Source: Macrostomum lignano (Eukaryota). Taken from it: DNA of 64,000 nucleotides. The stretch lies in assembly GCA_002269645.1 (NCBI GenBank), contig NIVC01002771.1, forward strand, positions 16,587 to 80,586. Reading direction: 5' to 3'. Below, piece by piece: positions 47,270 to 64,000 of the stretch. The translations under genes were made by a program, and so were the position numbers. Under the pieces are notes generated by a model, which searched no databases, was not told where the DNA came from, and saw only the letters and a program-made list of their open reading frames with translations. How positions within the stretch are numbered: the stretch's first letter is position 1; every line of letters begins with the position of its first letter.

Positions 47270-48185
47270 ACTGACTTTGCCTGACACTACCCTCTCTGAC
47301 ATCAAATGACACTCTCTGACATCGACTGACGCTACCCTCTCTGACATCGACTGACACTACACTCTCTGACATCGACTGACACTACCCTCTCTGACATCAA
47401 ATGACACTCTCTGACATCGACTGACGCTACCCTCTCTGACATCGACTGACACTACACTCTCTGACATCGACTGACACTACCCTCTCTGACATCAAATGAC
47501 ACTCTCTGACATCGACTGACGCTACCCTCTCTGACATCGACTGACACTACACTCTCTGACATCGACTGACACTACCCTCTCTGACATCAAATGACACTCT
47601 CTGACATCGACTGACGCTACCCTCTCTGACATCGACTGACACTACCCTCTCTGACATCGACTGACACACTACCCTCTCTGACATCGACTGACACTACCCT
47701 CTCTGACATCGACTGACACTACCCTCTCTGACATCGACTGACACTACCCTCTCTGACATCGACTGACGCTACCCTCTCTGACATCGACTGACGCTACCCT
47801 CTCTGACATCGATTGACGCTACCCTCTCTGACATCAAATGACACTCTCTGACATCGACTGACGCTACCCTCTCTGACATCGACTGACACTACACTCTCTG
47901 ACATCGACTGACACTACCCTCTCTGACATCAAATGACACTCTCTGACATCGACTGACGCTACCCTCTCTGACATCGACTGACACTACCCTCTCTGACATC
48001 GACTGACACACTACCCTCTCTGACATCGACTGACACTACCCTCTCTGACATCGACTGACACTACCCTCTCTGACATCGACTGACACTACCCTCTCTGACA
48101 TCGACTGACGCTACCCTCTCTGACATCGACTGACGCTACCCTCTCTGACATCGATTGACGCTACCCTCTCTGACATCGACTGTCA
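47270..48185. repeat. ~22-27-bp minisatellite (CTCTCTGACATCGACTGACACTACC) just downstream of the NR stop codon
   Basis: Direct inspection. Confidence 0.95.
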
Positions 48186-48554
48186 CTATCCTTATCCCTG
48201 TCTTTTCACCGTTTCTGTTTCCCTTTAATTGCGGCATAACCTCTGCTCTCAACCTCTTAAATGTACTTTTTCATGCGATCTTCAAAAGTGTACTTGTCCG
48301 AACTGCGTGGATTCTACCTGTGACAATGTTCCTGTTTTAACTGGCAAAATGTCACCTATCTGTTGTTCCCATTGTACATTGATACTTTTCTATTACCTTA
48401 GAGTGTAATCAATACATTCATGTTTATAAAAATATGAAAAATACATTTACAAATATCCATCATACTGCTTAATCTTTCTTTGTTCATTAGACACATTAAA
48501 TTTGTTTTCATTTGTGTTCGAATCAAGAGCTGTTTAATATTTTAGGGTTAAAAA

Positions 48555-49905
48555 GCCAGAGGATATCCCAGCTGATGGGGAGTTCATGAAACTGAAAGCA
48601 GATATGGGAACATATCCCCAGCTCATAGGGAATTAATGCAACCAAAGCAGTAATGGGATAATATCCTCAGCTCATAGGGAATTCGTGTATCCCAAAGCAG
48701 TCATGGGATAATATCCCCAGCTCAAAGGGAATTCGTGTATCCCAAAGCAGTCATGGGATAATATCCCCAGCTCAAAGGGAATTCGTGTATCCCAAAGCAG
48801 TCATAGGATAATATCCCCAGTTCATAGGGAATTAATGCAACCAAAGCAGTCATAGGATAATATCCCCAGTTCATAGGGAATTAATGCAACCAAAGCAGTC
48901 ATGGGATAATATCCCCAGTTCATAGGGAATTAATGCAACCAAAGCAGTCATGGGATAATATCCCCAGCTCATAGGGAATTAATGCAACCAAAGCAGTCAT
49001 AGGATAATATCCCCAGTTCATAGGGAATTAATGCAACCAAAGCAGTCATGGGATAATATCCCCAGCTCAAAGGGAATTCGTGTATCCCAAAGCAGTCATG
49101 GGATAATATCCCCAGCTCAAAGGGAATTCGTGTATCCCAAAGCAGTCATAGGATAATATCCCCAGCTCAAAGGGAATTCGTGTATCCCAAAGCAGTCATA
49201 GGATAATATCCCCAGCTCAAAGGGAATTCGTGTATCCCAAAGCAGTCATGGGATAATATCCCCAGTTCATAGGGAATTAATGCAACCAAAGCAGTCATGG
49301 GATAATATCCCCAGTTCATAGGGAATTAATGCAACCAAAGCAGTCATAGGATAATATCCCCAGTTCATAGGGAATTAATGCAACCAAAGCAGTCATGGGA
49401 TAATATCTCAAGCTCATAGGGAATTAATGCAACCAAAGCAGTCATGGGATAATATCCCCAGTTCATAGGGAATTAATGCAACCAAAGCAGTCATGGGATA
49501 ATATCCTCAGCTCATAGGGAATTCGTGTATCCCAAAGCAGTCATGGGATAATATCCTCAGCTCATAGGGAATTCGTGTATCCCAAAGCAGTCATGGGATA
49601 ATATCCTCAGCTCATAGGGAATTCGTGTATCCCAAAGCAGTCATGGGATAATATCCTCAGCTCATAGGGAATTCGTGTATCCCAAAGCAGTCATGGGATA
49701 ATATCCTCAGCTCATAGGGAATTCGTGTATCCCAAAGCAGTCATAGGATAATATCCCCAGCTCAAAGGGAATTCGTGTATCTCAAAGCAGTAATGGGATA
49801 ATATCCCCAGCTCATAGGGAATTCGTGTATCCCAAAGCAGTAATGGGATAATATCCCCAGCTCATAGGGTATTTGTGTATCCCAAAGCAGTCATGGGATA
49901 ATATT
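48555..49905. repeat. 49/50-bp minisatellite with two unit types and an internal GGGATA-A-TATCCC palindrome
   Basis: Direct inspection; period 50 at ~49500-49700. Confidence 0.96.
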
Positions 49906-50524
49906 TTGCAGAAATTAAGAAGTTTTTAGCTTCTTGACAATTTTTGCAAACGAAACCAAATGCCAGCTACGCATCCCCAAGTGTTCTCCCAAACTTATCA
50001 CAAGGATTCCCCATCCCTGCCCGGAGACACAAAGTTGCCGAAAGCTTTTTGGAGCTTCCGTTGCAAAACTAAAAACTCACTTTTCCTCTCAAGTTAGCGT
50101 CAAGAGGTCACCCATTGTCTCCCATTGTCAGGTGAGCTCAACCCCCAGCCTGGTCCACGCGACCTGTTTTGAGCAAGAGGATATTTAGTTGCTAAGTGGG
50201 GATATTGGCTCTTACTCTCTAGCCACGAGCCACTTCTAATGCCTACGCTCGTAAGTGAGGTAGCCAATTTTCTACAAAAAATGAACCAGCTAGTGGATCA
50301 AAATTGTCCATTGACAGATAACATTTTAGCAAGTCATCTGTGCTAGAAATATCCAACTATAGTGTTTTAATAGAGAATATATCTCCAGGTAATTTGATCT
50401 GAATAACTTATAACTTTTATCAAGCTGCTTTCTAGCATTGCTATAATAACAACTGTCTGCTTTAGTGGCAATTGCTTCATTTCGCGTTGAATGCAATTAA
50501 TGCAGTCCTGGGTTAAGAATCCTC

Positions 50525-50960
50525 ATTAAGGTTGTGGGATCATAATCCTCATTTTAGTTATGTGATCATATTTTTCATTTCAGTCAGTTGATCATAATCT
50601 TCATTTCAGTCATGGGATCATAATCCTCATTTCAGTCGTGAGGTCATAATCCTCATTTTAGTCATGGGGTCATAATCCTCATTTTAGTCGTGTGATGACA
50701 ATCCTCATTTTAGTCGTGGGGTCATAATCCTCATTTTAGTCGTGTGATGACAATCTTCGTTCCAGTCATGGGGTCATAATCCTCATTTCAGTCGTGTGAT
50801 GACAATCCTCATTTTAGACATGGGGTCATAATCCTCATTTTAGTCGTGTGATGACAATCTTCGTTCCAGTCATGGGGTCATAATCCTCATTTTAGGCGTG
50901 TGATGACAATCTTCATTCCAGTCATTGGGGCATAATCCTTATTTTAGTCGTGGGATCAAA
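50525..50960. repeat. Degenerate ~26-28-bp minisatellite (CATAATCCTCATTTTAGTCGTG...)
   Basis: Direct inspection. Confidence 0.85.
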
Positions 50961-52924
50961 ATTTTAATTCCAGTCATAGCGTTATAAGTTCATCGTTATG
51001 GACATGGATGAATTCATTTTAGACAAAGGATAAAACTCCTCATTTTTGGCGCATTCTTTCAGCAAGGTAGACCCGCCTGAGGCATCATGAAGGTTCAGTT
51101 CCCATTAATGGCCAGCATCTCTGTTTGGCCACTGCGGGTGAGAACTTCCTGTAGAAATTGAAATCATCTTCAAGACCTGGTTTATGCAAAACAGGGCAAA
51201 GAATGTGTATACATGTGGTGGTGGGAGAAAAATGAAAGCTTATACAAACTGCTCATATAAAATTTTGAGTTGACAAGCCGCCCCATGTTTGCTCTCTCGG
51301 CTTACTCCCTCAGTTTATCATTGAACGGGGGCCATACTCCGGGGGCCTCTCGAGAGGTGGTTAAACATCACACAGCTGCTGCAGGCGGCAAGCTCCACGT
51401 GTCCGCGCTGAGCGAGCAAACAACGCACAATCATGGAGGCCTAATATACATGCCCTTGCCTTAATTAGACTGCAAAGTCACAGCAGTCACACTTGCGCGG
51501 TAACAGTAGCTAAGACAGTGAGTGTGTTTGAGCTGTCCACTTCAAAGGGTACACACACACCGCATGCGCGCACACACAGGGCGCACGCTTGCCTGTGTCA
51601 AGAGACTTTCCTCTTCTTGGCTCTCTACCTCTTTATACAGACCGATGCGGTATTGCATCCTCTTCTTCTGCATGGCTTTTTCTGCTTCCGGGAGGCGGTT
51701 GCCGATGCGGCAAGCAGCCACACGCCAAACGCCATCATCTCAACAAACTAGCGTGTTTGCTGAGAGACACACACTGCGGCAAATGCTGAATCCCGCTACT
51801 TCTTAATTCATTCATTCTTCTTTCTCTCTCCCAGGCCACTATGGGAAGCTGGGGAGAGCTGAAAGATGATGGGGTGACGATGAGAGATGATGAAGGTTGC
51901 AAGTTGACCGCTTGGGAAGTCGCTCTCATTGACTATGCAACAAGTGTCCCGGGTGGTTCTCCCCTCTCTTTCTCTCTTCCCCTCAATTATTATTATTATT
52001 ATTTCTACTCGCTGCTCCGGCCCCCGTCTCGGCCTCTCTTCATGAAAACTTGATGCCCGGCGCTGCAGCAGGGGAGGGGGGGACAGCAGCTTTCAAGTCG
52101 CTACAGGCCCATTTGGTCGCTGAGGTTCTTCATTAGCCAGTAAGCTGCAGGCCCGCGCTACAGCGGGTTGAAGTGGCTTTGGATTTTGGAGGGGGCTGAG
52201 CTGATCTTCAGGCGGAGGAAGATGCGAGATGGACTGGCGGGATGGCGGGAGACCCCCCCCCCCCCTATTGTTCCGCTGTCTAAGACGACCTGGCTGAAGC
52301 AGAGCCTGCAGCCACTCCAGGAGCAGCGGCAGCAGCAGCAAGAAACCGCTAGAAACAACTGTCTGCTCAGGGAAACAAAAGAGCGGAGAGGCAGCCGCAG
52401 CAGGCCTAATCGCCCCCCGCTCTGCGGCTGCAGACCCCCCGCGGCTCGCTGACTTCTCCCCTTTTAGTCTGCCCAGTCCGCGGGGGCGCACCGCAATGGG
52501 GGGGGTGGGGAACACAACACGCATGCGAAACTTTTTTGTCCGCGGAAAGAGAAGGCAGCAAAGACAGCGAAAGAAGAAGTGTCTTCTCTCCGCTGAGCCT
52601 GCAGAGCTGAATTTTTCATTCGTTTGGGGCTGTTGCTGCTGCAAGCTTGTCTCTCCCGCTGCCTTGAGCTGTTGAGACTCTTCATTAGCATGGGCAGGCC
52701 ATGGGTACCGGCCGCAAGGGACACTTGAAGTCCCCCATCTGGCCTCTCTAATCAGCCTCAAGGCTGAGTTTACCTGAGTCCAAGTAAACCGTTGCTGTGA
52801 AAACAGAGCAGTTGTTTAATTCTGTACAGGGCAACTGCATAGGCCAATTTTTTGTCATGCGATTCTATTGAGTTCATAAAAATATTCTCGTAACTAAATA
52901 GATTGACTTTTAGCGCAAAAATTG

Positions 52925-54197
52925 GGATCAGTTTATATCAATTTTGGCGCTAAAAATTATCGACTTCAATGCTCCAATTGATGTCAGCTTTGGCGCTGAA
53001 CATGATCGAGTTCAATGCTCCAATTGATGTCAGCTTTGGCGCTGAACATGATCGAGTTCAATGCTCCAATTGATGTCAGCTTTGGCGCTGAACATGATCG
53101 AGTTCAATGCTCCAATTGATGTCAGTTTTGGCGCTGAACATGATCGAGTTCAATGCTCCAATTGATGTCAGTTTTGGCGCTGAACATGATCGAATTCAAT
53201 GCTCCAATTGATGTCAGTTTTGGCGCTGAACATGATCGAATTCAATGCTCCAATTGATGTCAGTTTTGGCGCTGAACATGATCGAGTTCAATGCTTCAAT
53301 TGATGTCAGTTTTGGCGCTGAACATGATCGAGTTCAATGCTCCAATTGATGTCAGTTTTGGCGCTGAACATGATCGAGTTCAATGCTCCAATTGATGTCA
53401 GTTTTGGCGCTGAACATGATCGAGTTCAATGCTCCAATTGATGTCAGTTTTGGCGCTAAAATGATCGACTTCAATGCTCCAATTGATGTCAGTTTTGGCG
53501 CTAAAATGATCGACTTCAATGCTCCAATTGATGTCAGTTTTGGCGCTAAAATGATCGACTTCAATGCTCCAATTGATATCAGTTTTGGCGCTGAACATGA
53601 TCGAGTTCAATACTCCAATTGATATCAGTTTTGGCGCTGAACATGATCGAGTTCAATGCTCCAATTGATATCAGTTTTGGCGCTGAACATGATCGAGTTC
53701 AATACTCCAATTGATGTCAGTTTTGGCGCTGAACATGATCGAGTTCAATGCTCCAATTGATATCAGTTTTGGCGCTGAACATGATCGAGTTCAATGCTCC
53801 AATTGATATCAGTTTTGGCGCTGAACATGATCGAGTTCAATACTCCAATTGATGTCAGTTTTGGCGCTGAACATGATCGAGTTCAATGCTCCAATTGATA
53901 TCAGTTTTGGCGCTGAACATGATCGAGTTCAATACTCCAATTGATATCAGTTTTGGCGCTGAACATGATCGAGTTCAATGCTCCAATTGATATCAGTTTT
54001 GGCGCTGAACATGATCGAGTTCAATGCTCCAATTGATATCAGTTTTGGCGCTGAACATGATCGAGTTCAATGCTCCAATTGATATCAGTTTTGGCGCTGA
54101 ACATGATCGAGTTCAATGCTCCAATTGATATCAGTTTTGGCGCTGAACATGATCGAGTTCAATGCTCCAATTGATATCAGTTTTGGCGCTGAACATG
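52925..54197. repeat. 45/46-bp minisatellite (GATGTCAGTTTTGGCGCTGAACATGATCGAGTTCAATGCTCCAATT)
   Basis: Direct inspection; period 46. Confidence 0.96.
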
Positions 54198-54843
54198 AGC
54201 TTGTAAGCGAGAACTTCGCCAGGCAACCAATGAGACCCACATGGGGCTCAGGCCCCACGTACGAGTGTATGGAATTGTAGCAAAGCTCCAATACACTAGC
54301 AGGTAATTTTTACACAAATAGCCCCCGGACCTGTATGAGAACTGAGCCATCCCGCCCGCCTACTTGGAAGGTATCAAATATGAAACTCAAAAATCCTTAC
54401 TAGCGATTCCCACTCCCTGCTCAGACCGCCCGGCCGCCTCCTCCCTCCGCAGGGATGTCGGTGTTTTGCTCGACAACAAGATGACTGAGGGGGGGCGGTC
54501 TGGAAATGAGGAGAAAAAACCGCTGGGCTGGGGGTTGGAGTGCTAAAATAAATAGTGATGTCGAAGGCCCTGATATCCTAGCATCCAGCATCTCCAATAC
54601 TTGATGAAGCCCCTGCCGGTTGGTTCCCACCGCGCGCTCTGCTCAAGCTCCCCCCCACTTCCCTAACTTCATCGCTTCGCGGTCTCAAAGGGATTCTGAA
54701 TTCTCCACCCGTCATCTGTCTCGGATTTCCCGCCGCCGCAGCCCAGAAGCCGGGCGGATGATGCTGGTGGCCTTTTAACTTTCAGCGGCTGGGCAGTTTG
54801 CTTTTAGAGAAAACAGCTGCCTCGGTAAGTAAAACAGTAAAAC

Positions 54844-55077
54844 TGCTGACTGACTGACTGACTGACTGACTGACTGACTGACTGACTGACTGACTGACTG
54901 ACTGACTGACTGACTGACTGACTGACTGACTGACTGACTGACTGACTGACTGACTGACTGACTGACTGACTGACTGACTGACTGACTGACTGACTGACTG
55001 ACTGACTGACTGACTGACTGACTGACTGACTGACTGACTGACTGACTGACTGACTGACTGACTGACTGACTGACTGA
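54844..55077. repeat. (GACT)n microsatellite
   Basis: Direct inspection. Confidence 0.98.
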
Positions 55078-55456
55078 GTTGATTAATTTTTGGTGTGAAT
55101 GACTAACTATTCGCGAATATTGTGAATATATTGTGAATGTGAATATTGTGAATATTCGCGCTTATCTTACATGCATACTTGAATCGCATAACAGACAGGT
55201 CAGAAACAGAAACAGACTAGCTACTGTCACCAGATAGCTCGTATGGGCACGAGTTTAAACTCAAAAGCACAGCTCATTGCAAGCAAGTTCCGAAGTTACA
55301 GCTACAGGCCTAACCTACTGAGTACAATTTTAACGCATTTTTCTCACGCAAATAGTAATTTACAATAATATCCGCAAAATACTACTACTAAATAAAACAG
55401 AAGTAGTGTAGCGATAACATTTCTGAATCTGGCTCCAAGAAGCGAGCGAATCCGCT

Positions 55457-60227
<4,771 letters not shown>

Positions 60228-60794
60228 AGCAACTATTCTGGGGTTTGGGGAAAAAGTAAAAGAGGATGGAAGGGAAGGTGGCACCAGACAGGCTGGCCCT
60301 GTCGCTGGAAAAGGGATCTGAGCACGATCCCGTTTTAAGGGGGAGGCGGGTTTATCTCTCCAAAGCAATGTCAGCCGCAGAGCCCCCCGGAAATGCCAGG
60401 CCTGCAGTCTCAACTGCGACCGAGAGGGCACCCGGAGATTGGATGGCTGGCCTCATCTCCCCGCGGCCGGCTCGGTCGCTAATTGGGGCGTCCCCGCGGA
60501 GTTTCCGTCGCCTGCAGCTGTCTGACTCGCGCTCCCCCGCCTGCCTCGGCGCCGCCATCAAGCCCGAAAAATAATCCCCTTTCACTCGCTCCGCAAGGCG
60601 TTTTCCCACCCTCAGGCCTCTTGCCCGCTCTCGGCTGTTCCCCCCGCGGCCATCCACAGGGTCTTAGCGTCGGGTCTGTAAGCTAAGCTGCGGTTGGATT
60701 AGTGACCGATTTCCAAGAAACGATTGCTCAAGGATATTTTTCACTTAGGGGGACTGCGACTCTTCACGCACTGAGCTCATTGCGAAGTTTAGGG

Positions 60795-61340
60795 CTGGGT
60801 AAGTTTATGGTTTGGGAAGTTTAGGGTTTGGGAAGTTTAGGGTTTAGGAAGTTTAGGGTTTGGGAAGTTTAGAGTTTGGGAAGTTTTGGGTTTGGGATGT
60901 TTAGGGTTTGGGAAGTTTAGGGTTTGGTAAGTTTAGGGTTTGGGAAGTTTAGGGTTTGGGAAGTTTAGGGTTAGAAAGTTTAGGGTTAGGAAGTTTAGAG
61001 TTGGGCGAAGTTTAGGGTTTGGCAAGTTTAGGGTTGGGAAGATTTGGGTTGGGGAAGTTTAGGGTTGGGGAAGTTTAGGGTTGGGGAAGGTTAGGGTTGG
61101 GGAAGTTTAGGGTTGGTGAAGTTTAGGGTTTGGCAAGTTCAGGGTTGGGAAGATTTGGGTTGGGGAAGTTTAGGGTTGGGGAAGTTTAGGGTTGGGGAAG
61201 GTTAGGGTTGGGGAAGTTTAGGGTTGGTGAAGTTTAGGGTTTGGCAAGTTCAGGGTTGGGAAGATTTGGGTTGGGAAGATTTGGGTTGGGGAAGTTTAGG
61301 GTTGGGGGAAGTTTAGGGTTGGGGAACTTTAGGGTTGGGG
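60795..61340. repeat. 16-17-bp telomere-like minisatellite (GTTTAGGGTTTGGGAA)
   Basis: Most units contain TTAGGG followed by a second GGG run. Confidence 0.9.
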
Positions 61341-62221
61341 AAACCTCTCTAGCTTTTGGACATATGAAGCGCAGCGTCCATGTACTACTAACCAATGATC
61401 CTTGGTCTACCCAGTTTCCTATTCAAATATCTAGTTTTAGGCGTCCATAGTTCAGACTGCTGGCTTCTTGTCCTCTCCATTTCCTGCCAGAGATAGGGGG
61501 TGGGCTGGCACCACCCCAAGCTACAGACTCTTCCCCATCAGTGAGCCAGGCTGGCAGGCGAAATCAGATTAGGCCGAGGATCCCCATCGCGAGTTCCCAT
61601 GCCTCCTGTAGGTTTCGCCCGGGATAACCAGAGGCGACAGTTCATGTCTGGCGCAGTCTCTCTGGACTGCTTTTTATTTAACCTTAATGCACACTTGCCG
61701 CCTGCTCATGCTTGCTCTCGGAGTCTGGGTACTGGACACGGCTCCTACATAAAGTGCCAAGCCACTCTCTTACAGTCAGCTGGGCAGGTAATCCTCGGCC
61801 TTGTCTTTTCTTCCCTTTAATCCCTCTCAAAACAGGAAGTCTGGCGTTCACTAGCCTTATAGCCTCATCCTGAGCCCTCACAAACCGAGCAAATTAAGCC
61901 GAGCATCCCGGTTTTCTGAGCTGGCTAATTCTGGTTCTCAAGTCTTGGTCAGTTCCGGTCTCCCTGATTCAGCTTGCATCCGCAACTAGAAACCTTTTGA
62001 AGAATTTGCCTCATGCTGACAGTATGTCAGATGGCTAAGTACAAAGACGATTAATTCTCGTCATTTTTGTACCTCTTGGACTTGTTTAGGCAGGCTACCA
62101 CAGGCAGGCTTGTTCCCGCTATTCCACTCCGTGAGCATGCTGAATCGGGGGGGGGGGGTCCAGTAGACGTTTGTGACGATAGGCCACACATTCTGCGATA
62201 TGTTTACCGCTTTCCTGCATC

Positions 62222-62700
62222 TTTCTACGGTGGAGCCGCTCCTCCTTCTACTTCTCCTCCTCCTCCTCCTCCTCCTCCTCCTCCTCCTCCTCCTCCTCCT
62301 CCTCCTCCTCCTCCTCCTCCTCCTCCTCCTCCTCTCTCCTCCTCCTTCTCCTCCTCCTCCTCCTCTCTCCTCCTCCTCCTCCTTCTCCTCCTCCTCCTTC
62401 TCCTCCTCTTCCTCCTTCTCCTCCCCCTATTCCTTCTCCTTCTCCTCCCCCTATTCCTTCTCCTCCTCTTCCTCCTTCTCCTCCCCTATTCCTTCTCCTT
62501 CTCCTCCCCCTATTCCTTCTCCCTCTTCCTCCTTCTCCTCCCCTATTCCTTCTCCTTCTCCTCCCCTATTCCTTCTCCTCCTCTTCCTCCTTCTCCTCCC
62601 CCTATTCCTTCTCCTTCTCCTCCCCCTTTCCTTCTCCTCCTCTTCCTCCTTCTCCTCCCCTATTCCTTCTCCTCTCCTTCTCCTTTTCTCCCCCTTCTTG
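62222..62700. repeat. (CCT)n / CT-rich low-complexity tract
   Basis: Direct inspection. Confidence 0.95.
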
Positions 62701-64000
62701 CTGTCCTGGGGTTGCCGTCCTGAGGGGCGGGGGGCGCCGTCCTAAGAGGGCGCTGTCCCGAAGGGTGCGCCGTGTCCTTGGTGGTGGGACAGTCGTGTAA
62801 GTTAATGTTGCGTACTTAAACCCTCAGCCCACTCGATCCGCTCCTTAGAGCTTGAACTCAGTTGCAAAATCGCAAAAGTAAAAATTTAGGACACACTGTT
62901 GGTCAGGCCTCAGGGTGAACAGACTGTGCCGCTGTGGTAACGCATAAATTAAATGTAGCATTCGTTTTAATGCGAGCAATTATAACACAGCGCAACAAGC
63001 ACCCAAAACACGTTGCCCAGCTCATTGGGGGGGGGGCTTGTGCATGCTTGTTGCAACGATAATAGCCCAGCCAGAAGCCGTGAGCAACGGATTTCTCAAT
63101 CTATTAGGGCTGGAAGAAGCTCTAGAGAATGTTATTTTTTAGGGCTGATGATAGAGGCAAATACATTCAGCTAGTTTTGAGTTCACTTGCTCACCGCCAG
63201 CTAATAGCGGGTGAGCAGTGAGCACAATAAAAGAGTCTGAGGTGGAGACGGCGAGAGACGAGCCAGGGCGAGAGAGGCCACTCTTCATCTCTGCCTGAAT
63301 ATTATATATAATGCGTGGAGTGCACGGTTGAGTATATTCGAGTAGACACTTCGATGGCTTTGAGAGAGAGTCCTTGCTGGGTAGTGAGCAGCGCCTAGTA
63401 GGGTAATTCAGAGGCGCCCTGTTGCTCAGAGCTCCTATCAACAGCTCAGGATTTGTTCTGTTCTCGCTTACCTGGCCAAGAAAAGAAGAAGAAAGAGACT
63501 CCCGCAGAGGAGGGGGTTGAGGGAAAGAGGGAGACGAAGGAGCTTTTCACCACCCCGCTGCTGCTGAGTAGAATTGAAAAAATGCTAAAGACACACACAC
63601 ACACACACACACACACACTGTGAGAAGGACAGACTTTTGAGTGTCAGAAATACTGCATAAGTGAAGAGAATGGACAGACAGACAGACAGGGGGGGGGGGC
63701 AGCTGCCCCAACCAGGCCCCTCCCCCCTGTGAGCAATTAAACGCTCGTGCAGCGGCTACAGGTAATGAAAAAACAGCGAAATGAACTGCAGCAATGCCTG
63801 CCCGAGCAGCCCAGCCAATAGATAAGTGTCAGCTCATCACGGCAGCAGGGCCTCTTGAAGCCGCCAGAGCGTCAAGTCCAGCAGGCGGGAGCTGGGCATG
63901 AGCCAAAATCCTCATACGCAATCCGCCGCGCTCCGGCAGGCGCCGCTGGCAGTTGCGCGCCGGGCGTCGCCGCCGCCGTGGATCGGCAGCCTCCGGCGGG

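Noticed and set aside
48570-48600. CTGATG...GAAA as a hammerhead ribozyme core in the 50-bp array
   Set aside because: The core reads CTGATGG rather than CTGANGA, the three stems cannot be formed, and it is not repeated in other units.
51735-52761. GC-rich ORFs including the 222-aa minus-strand ORF
   Set aside because: Low-complexity, no family motif and no supported splice chain.
54440-54490. RDVGVLLDNKMT resembling the LINE RT motif DLGV..D..L.F
   Set aside because: Only ~12 aa of similarity with no flanking RT motifs; could be chance.
63139-63441. Possible LINE RT C-terminal relic on the minus strand
   Set aside because: Similarity is too weak and stop-ridden to support without a profile search.

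Overview
Eukaryotic (invertebrate animal) genomic DNA; not prokaryotic, no CRISPR or rRNA. The style (GC-rich exons, very dense and diverse tandem arrays, NR2E and Shisa-like genes) is consistent with a free-living flatworm such as Macrostomum, but the species cannot be proven from the window. Six gene models were built by hand from splice-phase-consistent exons: a 2-exon putative neuropeptide precursor (3893-5739), an intronless CUB + C-type-lectin protein with a GPI-type tail (6759-7709), intronless RPS25 (19279-19629), an 86-aa single-pass membrane microprotein (20710-20970), a 6-exon NR2E-family nuclear receptor (38440-47172), and a 5-exon Shisa-like membrane protein on the minus strand (55457-60227). 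About 30 micro/minisatellite arrays explain most long ORFs in the supplied track. Other repeats include a Ty3/gypsy gag relic, a tRNA-derived SINE and a LINE RT relic. The most unusual feature is a ~5.5 kb AT-rich, almost CpG-free block (~13.7-19.2 kb). It contains Merlin and MULE transposase relics and a TIR element whose apparent damage is C>T/G>A, including non-CpG contexts and CG>TA double hits, beside a CpG-intact relative of the same TIR family. Repeat boundaries and base counts are by eye and approximate.
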